Positions 23,237-32,364 of a DNA stretch of 64,000 nucleotides are shown here, piece after piece; the first letter of the stretch is position 1; every line of letters starts with the position of its first letter. This stretch comes from Chlorokybus atmophyticus. Taxonomy: Eukaryota; Plantae; Mesostigma and Chlorokybus algae. Location: positions 558,001 to 622,000 of the forward strand of contig RHPI01000638.1 in assembly GCA_009103225.1 (NCBI GenBank). The letters are read 5' to 3'. The position numbers were made by a program, and so were the translations under genes. The notes below the pieces were generated by a model that was not told the DNA's origin, did no database searches, and saw only the letters and a list, made by a program, of their open reading frames with translations.

Positions 23237-23893
23237 CACTTCTAATTGGGGTCCACATATTTGCACATAATTTTGTGTACCAGCAACAACTCCATCTTGA
23301 TGCTCCATGTATTGTAATTATAAAAAAATAAAAAAAAGCGTCCAATGGCTTGACAATGAACTTAATGTTGTCTATGCCTTTGGTAAGATTGCCCATCCAC
23401 TACTTGCAGAACTTGCAACCTATTTCACTACCAACAACCACAACTTCACGCGCTCTGAGGTATGTGTGGGCCCATAACCTGTTAACTAGTGTGCATGTAT
23501 GCGCCCTACCTTATACGTGCGCTTACATTAGGGGAACACCAAGTGTAACATACAAGCATGGTAACACCAAAGGGAAATGTGTTGCAGTTCCACCGACATG
23601 CGCCACACACAGTGACTTATACACTAAGCTAGGCTTAACTGAAAAGGACTAGTCAACTCTGGTGAAAATCAATTTCAATCATCAATAGTCATTGGTCAAA
23701 GTTAACACTAGTCAACGGTCAAAGTGAAAGTTTACCATAACCGTCATAACTTTCATAACTTTCATAACTCATTTGGACTGTAACTCCCATAGCATAACCG
23801 CCGCACATGGTCTGATTATCATCAATAAGCTGACCGTACTATAGCATAATACTCTCGCAAACCTCATATGCTTAACCTCAGCCTCAGCATCCA

Positions 23894-24058
23894 AAGGAGT
23901 GCTTGCACACTTTGCACTCAACACTGGCAGCAGCTGCTCATGCTATAGGCACCTTGCGGAGCTATGAGAGCTGCTAGCATTGCGTTGTGAAGTATTGCAA
24001 ACAGTGTGTCAATAGCAGCTGCTGCCAATGTTGAGTGCAAAGTGTGCAAGCACTCCTT
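23894..24058. repeat. 165-bp fold-back (45-bp inverted arms, 1 mismatch), MITE-like
   Basis: 23894-23938 is the reverse complement of 24014-24058; no clean TSD. Confidence 0.8.
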
Positions 24059-26361
24059 AGGCAGTCCCTATACATAGTGGACCTATTAATAATACTGTTG
24101 TTGGTGGAGTCCCTCCACCCTAGCACTTGTAAAGCATACCTGCGCGCCCATACATGCCATATGTACCATGACATGTTGGGCTAAATCTCTCCCACTGCAT
24201 AGGCATTATGGTAGTAATGCATGAGGACGTGTTATAGGTTATAGGTTGTTGAAGGTACATGTATGGGAGGCGCCTACATGTAGTTGGTATCATCAGCTTA
24301 ACCGTAAAAGGGACGGGAGTTACGAGAGTTATAGGAGTTACGGCAGTTATGGTCAACCATGGTCGGCTTTAACTTTGACCGTTAAGTTTGACTATTGACT
24401 CGTGTTAATTAGAAGTAACTAAAGTGGACTAGTGCTTAGTAGCATAGTATATGAGACACTGTGTATAGCTTAATACAATGGGTCGGACACTGTCTTTGTA
24501 GTTGGCGTGCTTGCTGCACTAGTCCATAGTGTGTGCACGCTGGTATGTGTGAGGCGCTTACACACACTCTACGCGCATCACTAGTTCACAACAGGTTATG
24601 GGCCCACACTCGCTTGTGTGACTGCTTATGTTAGAAATAGAATGTGTTGAGCATAGGAGCCTATTGGTAGGAGTGTTCTTGGGGAGAGGGTGAGTTATAC
24701 TATTGCGTAGCAAGCATTGGCTGACACATATAGGATCCCCTTCGAGTCCCTTGATCCGCACAACCATGCTTGATCGTCGATGAAGGTGACATTGATGCTG
24801 ATCCGCAAAAACCTCTAGAGTTTTGTAGACCCACCTCCTCCCCATGATTATGGCTAAGAATAAGTGACACTTGGATAAAGAACCTGCATAAAGAAATCAC
24901 AATCGGCTTTTGCGCTGATGGGCTTGCACATCAATGACTTCCATCTCCCTCTTATTGTGGATTACAAGACTAGATGTAAGGCGTGGGAGGTCTTTAACAC
25001 CCTCTTCGAGGCCAACAGCACCTCGCGTACGTTGCAATTGAGACGCAAGCTAACACTCCTGAAGATGGAGCATGGGGAACCCGTACACAAGTACATTCTG
25101 CATGCAGGGGGTGTGTGGCATGACCTGACCATTATTGGGCACGATATGAAAAAAGAGGAGGTGATGTGGGCAATCTTAGCCGGCTTAAAACACAGCTTTG
25201 CTATGCCAGTGACTGTGTTGAAATCCTCAGATGTGGTGTTGAAGTTTGCTGATATGGTGCCTACATTGCTTGCTGTGGAAGGCAACACGGGTGTTGAGGA
25301 GATAGAGAATGATGGAGAACCTATCGCACTTGCTGCCTTATCTTCTCAACACACACGAAGCAGGAGCAAAGCAGGTGGTGGGAAGTCATCATGTGACAAT
25401 GAGTGTCACTACTGCAAGATGAAGGGCCACATTATTTGCGAGTGACAAAAGGGATCTACAATGAGGGAATGAAGGAGGAACACGCCACAATGGCGATGGC
25501 TTTCTGACATTGGTGAGGACTTTAATCATGCAGTAAATGTTTGTGCGTCCTCTCCCATTGCAAAGGCGTGTAAAAATATATGCGTAGATGGAGGTTGCAG
25601 ACACAAAGGTCTGTGAGAGTTTCTGCTAGCCTATAAGTAGTTGCTGGTGTTGAGTCGCATACAATGGAGGTTGCATTGCTGTGGATTTGCATTTAATAGC
25701 ACACAAATGTGCGGTATCAGTGAAAGCACTTCACCACACTGGCATGCAAGGACTGAGTTGCATAACATGAGATAGGAGGGGTGCTTTCCTGAGTGAAAGG
25801 GTTTCATCAACCCTTGCACGGCATTCACTTTGATACAGCATTGCTAAGGTAGAGAACTTGGTGTAGTTTATAAGATGGTTTGCCATTGAAAGAGTCTTCA
25901 AAACCACTTAAGCAAGGTCAGGCGTGGCGTGGTGAAACCTAATGCGACAACTACGAGGAGGAATCAAGGAGTGTTGGAAACTTTGTAGTGTTGCTGGCGG
26001 TACGAGAGGAGAGATGGTGGCATGGAGACAAGCATTAACTTTGTGGGAGCAACACATGCGCGGGAGTATTAAATGGAGTAAATTACGGTGGGTAAGCTTG
26101 CTAGAAGAACTTGGAGTTTAGAGTCAAGCTACTCGCGTGGGAGTGTTAAAGGCTGTATGTTGTTGAAGGTACATGTACAGGCGGCGCTTGCATGTAGTTG
26201 GTCCGATTAGCTTAACCATAATACTTATGGGAGTTATGAGAGTTTGAGGCATTACGCCTGTTATAATAAACCATGGTCAACTTTGACTTTAACCATTGAC
26301 TTTGACCATTGCTTAGTGTTGACTTTGACTGATGTTAATGAAAGTTGTCTAGTGCTTAATA

Positions 26362-28672
26362 TGTTAGATGTTATAGCTTGTTGAAAGTACATGTATAGGC
26401 GGCGCCTACATGTAGTTGGTACGATCAGCTTAACCTTTATAGTTACGAGAGTTACGGGAGTTACGGGAGTTACGGCAGTTACGGCAGTTATGGTCAACCA
26501 TGGTCAACTTCGACTTTGACCGTTGACTTTGACCATTGACTAGTGTTGACTAGTATTGACTTTGACTAGAGTTGACTAGTGCTTAGTAGCATAGTATATA
26601 AGACACTGTATACTGCTTAATACAGTGGGTCGCACATTGTCTCTATAGTTGGCGTGCTTGCTGCACTTGTCCTTAGTGTGTGCACACTTATATGTAGGAG
26701 GCAAATACACACACACTAGGCGCATCACTAGTGCTCAACAGGTTATGGGCCCACACTCGCTTGTGTAATCGCTTGTGCTAGTGAGAGAAAGTGTTGAGCA
26801 TAGGCGCCTACTAGTAGAGTGTTCTTGGGGAGAGGGTGAGTTGTACTATTGTGTAGCAAGCAATGGCTGACACAGATAGGATGCCCATCGAGTCCCTTGA
26901 TCTGCACAACTATGCTTCATGGTCGCTGAAGATGAAGTTGGTGCTGATCCGCAAGAAGCTCTGGAGTTATGTCGATCCCACCTCCTCCACATCATTGCGG
27001 CCAAGAACAGGTGACACTGGTACCTGGATAGAGAACTCACAATCAGCTTTTGCGCTGATAGGCTTGCACGTCAAAGACTTCCATCTCCCTCTTATTGCGG
27101 ATTGCAAGACTGGACGTGAGGCGTGGGAGGTCTTCGACACCCTTTTCAAGGCCAATAGCAACTCGCGCAAGTTGCAGCTGAGACGCAAGCTGACACTTCT
27201 GAAGATGGAGCACAAAGAGCCAATCCAGAAGTACATCTCGCGTGCAAGGGAGCTTTGGCAAGACCTTGCAGCAGTGGGCCACGATGTGAAGGAAGAGGAG
27301 GTGATGTGGGCAGTCTTAGCTGGCTTAGGAAAGAGCTTTGCTACGCTAGTGACTGTGTTGGAGTCCTCAGATGTGGTTTTGAAGTTTGCTGATGTAGTGC
27401 CTAAGCTGCTAGCTGTGGAAGGCAAGTTGGATGTTCAGGAGATAGAGAATGGTGGAGAGCCTATTGCATTTTCTGCCTCATCTTCTCAACACACGCGAAG
27501 CAGGAGCAAAGCAGGTGGTGGGAAGCCATCACGTGACAAAGAGTGTCACTATTGCAAGATGAAGGGCCACTTCATTCGCGAGTGCCAGAAGAGGATCCAC
27601 GATGAGGCAACCAAGGAGGAGCACGCCACGGTGGCGATTGCCTTCTAGCATTGGTGAGGACCTCAAGGAGTTGCAGTGGATGGTGTTCGTCCGTCCTCTC
27701 CCACTGCAAGGGCGCGTGAAGGACATGCGCAGACGGAGGTCGTAGACACAAAGGTCTGTGAGAGTTACTGCTAGCCTATGAGTGGTTGCTGGTGTTGAGC
27801 TGCATACACCAGAGGTTGCATTGCTGTGGAGTTGTTTTTTGGTAGCACACAGGTGCGGTACTAGTTAGAACACTTCACTTGATTGGCATGCAAGGACTGG
27901 GTTGTATAGCTAGCTAACAGGAGATGGGAGGGGTGCTTCCTTGGTAGAAGGGTCTGATCAACCCTTGCACGGCCTACACTCTGGTACAGCATTGCTAAGG
28001 TAGAGAACTCATTGTACTTTATAGTATAGTTTGCCATCGAGGGAGTCTTCGAAACCACCTGAGCAAGGTCAGGCGTGGCGTGGTGGAACCTGATGCGACA
28101 ACTATGAGGAGGAAACAAGGAGTATTGGAACCTTGTAGTCCTGGTGGCAGCATGAGGAGAAAGATGGTGTCATGGAGACAAGCATCAAGTCCGTGGGAGC
28201 AACAGATCCGTGGGAGTGTTCAGTGGAGTAAGTTAATGTGGGTAAGCTTGCGAGATGAACCTGGAGTTCAAGGTCAAGCTGCTCGCGTGGGAGTGTTAGA
28301 TGTTATAGCTTGTTGAAAGTACATGTATAGGCGGCGCCTACATGTAGTTGGTACGATCAGCTTAACCTTTATAGTTACGAGAGTTACGGGAGTTACGGGA
28401 GTTACGGCAGTTACGGCAGTTATGGTCAACCATGGTCAACTTCGACTTTGACCGTTGACTTTGACCATTGACTAGTGTTGACTAGTGTTGACTTTGACTA
28501 GAGTTGACTAGTGCTTAGTAGCATAGTATATAAGACACTGTATACTGCTTAATACAGTGGGTCGCACATTGTCTCTATAGTTGGCGTGCTTGCTGCACTT
28601 GTCCTTAGTGTGTGCACACTTATATGTAGGAGGCAAATACACACACACTAGGCGCATCACTAGTGCTCAACA
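26362..28672 (+). mobile_element. Very young gag-only copia element A3, 2311 bp
   Basis: 379-bp LTRs 26362-26740 and 28294-28672 differ at one base by eye; PBS 26741-26753; PPT 28284-28293; perfect TSD TAATA. Confidence 0.96.
26863..27648 (+). CDS. Intact copia-type Gag (261 aa, UBN2 domain plus CCHC knuckle) with no pol downstream
   Basis: Uninterrupted ORF ending ..TVAIAF*; the remaining ~650 bp to the PPT shows no protease, IN or RT motifs. Confidence 0.92.
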   Translation: MADTDRMPIESLDLHNYASWSLKMKLVLIRKKLWSYVDPTSSTSLRPRTGDTGTWIENSQSAFALIGLHVKDFHLPLIADCKTGREAWEVFDTLFKANSNSRKLQLRRKLTLLKMEHKEPIQKYISRARELWQDLAAVGHDVKEEEVMWAVLAGLGKSFATLVTVLESSDVVLKFADVVPKLLAVEGKLDVQEIENGGEPIAFSASSSQHTRSRSKAGGGKPSRDKECHYCKMKGHFIRECQKRIHDEATKEEHATVAIAF

Positions 28673-30243
28673 TAATAGCCTAGTATATAAGACATTGTAT
28701 ACAGCATAATGCAGTGGGTTGTACATTGTCACTGTACTTGGCATGCTTGCTATGCTTGTTCTTAATATGTGCACACTTGTAAGCGAGAGGCGCAAACACA
28801 CACACTAGGCGCATCACTAGTTCTCAACAGGGTGGTGCTATATCACGCGCCGCGGGCACTTGTAAGTAGGTTTCATACACCCGAGTTATTCAAGGGCATG
28901 ATCTCGCACTCCGCCCGCAATGGGTGAGACTTGATGGCGAAGCTAGCAATAGTACTTATGCTCATGTTAATTACAAGTAGGTTGCAATCCTCCAACTTCC
29001 GAGTAATCACCTAGCAAGACACTAGTTTTCATACATTCCGCATGCACCATATAATCGCTCGTAGCAAGAACGACCTGTATGGTGTGGATGCAAATGTATA
29101 GTACAATTATGGGAGGGGCCTTGTGTATAATAATGCTCACATATAAGTTGTTGTTTAGCTCAGGCTATAAGCATGTGGGCCCAAGCAAATTGCTGCGCTG
29201 CGTCACATTCGTAAGCGCACATGCATGATATGGGACACCGTTATGCTCTACAACACTATTCTTACCATAATAAAGGCAGCCATGAAGGCAGCTGTTGAGG
29301 ATTCTTCGCGCTTTGGAACGCAACTTGGCCATTTGGGTAATGCAACCCAAGTGATAAAAGCTGGTATGCTCCAACTTGGGTAATAGCGGATTGCGCATAA
29401 GACGCATACCATATGCCACCATTTTGCTGTACATCGAATTTTAAAGCAGACATTAAGGCAGCTGTTAAAAATTCTTTGCGCATTGGCATATATTGTAAGC
29501 TAGTGGTCAAAATATGAAAGTTTGAACGTTTACGTAGCGCATGACGTGCGCAAATGATAGGAAATTGCGTCTGCCTGGGGCCTCAAGCGAAAGTTATAAG
29601 CCCAACGATATGCAAACCCTGTTTAATTTCACACACATTTTTGCGCTCTACTTGAGCGTTTCTGTGTCATAACCATAAACTTAAGTCTTATTGCATGCGA
29701 GGGTCATTGGAGACCTTACATAAAAAGGTTACATGCAATACATGCGCACAAATATACAGCTATTAGACTGTCACGACATAGTCACGGGGCTGCTATGAGA
29801 GCTAGTGGCCCCCACGCCTTGCAGGCTCACGGCAATAGGCACGCAGGTGCCATAGCTTCTTACAATTGTAGCAGCTTCTACTGGGGGCGAGCGGGACATC
29901 CCGCAAGCCCCCAGACAAAGCTGCCTAAGGCTGCATAGGAGCGGTTTTATGCCTGGTTTGCCCCGCGCCAAATGCATAGGACCCAAAGTAGCAGGGGGGG
30001 AAACCGGCCCCGCCCCTTGTTGGGATAGTGGGCTTTGCCTTGGGCTTGGGCTGCGCCGCAGCCACGTCCTTTTTTCGCTTCTACGCGCGCTTTACCTCCT
30101 CGTCATCTACGGCAAAGGGGTTGTGCACTAGCTCATCCGCGACCTTCCGCCCTTGCTTATTGGCCACTTCCACATAGTGAAATTGCTTACACACCTAATC
30201 CATCCATTATTGCGCACAGAGCACGCATAAACAACATGCATTG

Positions 30244-30612
30244 TGTTAAATGTTATAGGTTGTAGGAAGTACATGTATACGCGGCGCCTACATGTAGTGG
30301 TTACGATCAGCTTAACCTTCATAGTTACGAGAGTTACGGAAGTTACGGCAATTATGGTCAACCATGGTCAACTTTTACTTTGACCGTGGACTCTGACCAT
30401 TGACTAGTGTTGATTAGTGTTGACTTTGACCAGAGTTGACTAGAGTTGACTAGTGCTTAGTAGCATAGTATATAAGACACTGTATACTGCTTAATACAGT
30501 GGGTCGCACATTGTCTCTATAGTTGGCGTGCTTGCTGCACTTGTGCTTGATGTGTGCACACTTGTATGTAGGAGGCAAATACACACACTAGGCGCATCAC
30601 TAGTTCTCAACA
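30244..30612 (+). mobile_element. Solo LTR of family A
   Basis: TGTTAAATG...TCTCAACA, 369 bp, TSD CATTG at 30239-30243 and 30613-30617. Confidence 0.95.
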
Positions 30613-30680
30613 CATTGCATATTCATACGGGCTCAGAACCACCAGGTCTAGCGCCAAGCGCACCCTCAATCCATTCCCAA

Positions 30681-30702
30681 TTAGGGTTAGGGTTAGGGTT
30701 AG
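30681..30702 (+). repeat. Interstitial telomere-type repeat (TTAGGG)3.7
   Basis: TTAGGGTTAGGGTTAGGGTTAG at the junction between the DIRS gag and a family B fragment. Confidence 0.85.
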
Positions 30703-30714
30703 TGCCCCCCGTGA

Positions 30715-31374
30715 TGCTTAGACATGGATAGGAGAGAAGTAGCTGAGCGCAAGATGTGTGGAGGTTACACCCTGCGAGTATGGTATTGTGCTCGAGGTAC
30801 ACTATATGCAAGCGAGCATTTTGCAGCAATGACAACAAGCATTAGGCGCGAGCAGCTTGAGGTTAATGCTAGCATCATGTGGTGTGGCAAGAGTTCCAGG
30901 TTAATTCGAGACAATAAAAGCGTGGGAGTTTGTGCATATCAATGTGCAGGTGCACAGAACAAGCTGCCTGAGTGGGAGTGTTAAAGGTTAAGCATAAGAT
31001 GTTCGCTAGTATAGTATGCTTATGGTACGGTAAGCTTGTTGATGTTACTTAGACAATGCGCAGCGGTTATGCTATGGGAGTTACAGTCAACAAGAGTTAT
31101 GGGAGTTATGGGCGTTTCTCATGATTATATGTAACTTTAACCGTTAACTAGTGTTGTTGAGTGTTGACTTTGACCATCAACTATTATTGAGTAGAGTTGA
31201 CTTTGACTCGTGTTGACTAGCTTAGTATGTAAGTCACCATATGTGGCGTATACAGGTGGAAATGCAGTACATTTCTCTTTGATATTAACTTGCTTGAATG
31301 CGACACTTGGTGTTGCCCCAATGTGAGCATATATGTATGAGGTAGGGCGCATACATGCACACTAGCTCTTAACA
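30715..31374 (+). mobile_element. Family B 3' fragment with PPT and 3' LTR (30979-31374)
   Basis: Reverse-complement homology to 4212-4456 and to the B LTRs; GCTGCCTGAGTGGGAG precedes TGTTAAAGG. Confidence 0.85.
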
Positions 31375-31477
31375 TGCGGGCCCCTCCCCCATCTCCGGAC
31401 ATTGGGGGGAGGGATGCGGAACATACGTAATGGAATGATTGTGCGTTTTTTATGTCGGGCTTGCGTCTTTATAAGGC

Positions 31478-31893
31478 TGTTGAGATCCGGACTAACCCAC
31501 TCGGCTAGCCTCGCGCGAGGCTAGCCGAGTGGGCTAGTCGGGATCTCAACAAAAGGTGCTGCCCTAGCGACCTGAGTTCAAGTCCCACCGGATGCACTGC
31601 AAATTGGCAGTGAGAGAGAGCCCAATTTTTGGCACTGCTCCATAATTCGGCGCGGCAAGTGCAGCCGCCGCAGTAGCTCGCGCGCTCGTTGTAAGACAGC
31701 CATGGACGGAGGCTACCGCGCGCCAAGCACGCTTAGGGACAGGCCGCTGCTTGACCTGGGGGGAGGTGAATTGAACAATAAAAGGCCTTAAAACGGCCGG
31801 GTCGCAGGGCCCCACCTTTTGTTGAGATCCGGACTAGCCCACTCGGCTAGCCTCGCGCGAGGCTAGCCGAGTGGGCTAGTTCGGATCTCAACA
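31478..31893. mobile_element. 416-bp non-coding element with 74-bp palindromic termini
   Basis: Palindromes at 31478-31551 (2 mismatches) and 31820-31893 (1 mismatch); TGT...ACA ends; TSD AAGGC at 31473-31477 and 31894-31898. The empty site is visible in the homologous DIRS copy at ~22022. Confidence 0.93.
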
Positions 31894-32364
31894 AAGGCCC
31901 ATAATGTACGCATGTGGGAATGTGCGTGGGGCAAGTCCGCACTCACATGATGGTTTGCATATGTGCACATGCATATGGTCATGCTCAACCAAAAATGAGC
32001 CCACCTTTTATGTTCCCTTAGCGGCCTTTCTACGACGTGGGGATCCTTGACAAAATGAGCGAGCTTACAATTGTAAGAGAATGCCGCCGAGCCGAGATGA
32101 GCCGCAATCTCAAGGTGTGTTATCAAGCCCGCTCCTGCAAGTTTTCCTTTCAAGGGGTAACGGGCTCGATGAAGCGGGTGGCCATGGCTCCCATTCAAGT
32201 GTTGGTAGTGTCGCCGTTATCATGATGAGAGGTGCTCACAAATAGGGGGAGGTTGGGGTCACTAATGGGCTTATCACAAGACATAGCGGGCGCCGTCTCG
32301 CGTTGAAGGCGCATGTTCTCCACATCCAACTCCTCCAACCTCCACGCTATTGCCTTCGTGGGGG

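Larger units (their letters stand above)
1495..23884 (-). mobile_element. Old gag-only copia element (family B, ~2.2 kb once un-nested) hosting nested insertions
   Basis: 5' LTR ~23480-23884, PBS 23467-23479, gag N-terminus 23390-23015, gag C-terminus with CSRCGECGHFKHQC at ~17770-17290, 3' region 17046-17290 plus 4212-4456, PPT 4212-4225, 3' LTR 4211-4192 plus 1870-1495. The flanks of each nested insert rejoin. The outer TSD was not found. Confidence 0.7.
24230..28829 (+). mobile_element. Older gag-only copia element A2 (3' LTR split by A3)
   Basis: 5' LTR 24230-24593, PBS 24594-24606, degenerate gag 24717-25507, PPT 26134-26143, 3' LTR 26144-26361 plus 28678-28829; flanks GGACG/GGGTG. Confidence 0.88.
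29500..32360 (-). mobile_element. Second DIRS remnant (gag region and gag-RT spacer), interrupted three times
   Basis: Colinear with ~20950-22490; VEVANKQGRKVADELVHNPFAVDDEEVKR motif at ~30100-30180. Confidence 0.75.

Noticed and set aside
27640-27700. Programmed readthrough or frameshift from Gag into Pol in family A
   Set aside because: No protease DSG, integrase or RT motif in any downstream frame; the stop codon type differs between copies.
31552-31600. Genuine tRNA gene
   Set aside because: Only a T-loop-like part is present; no D-arm, anticodon arm or 5' acceptor strand.
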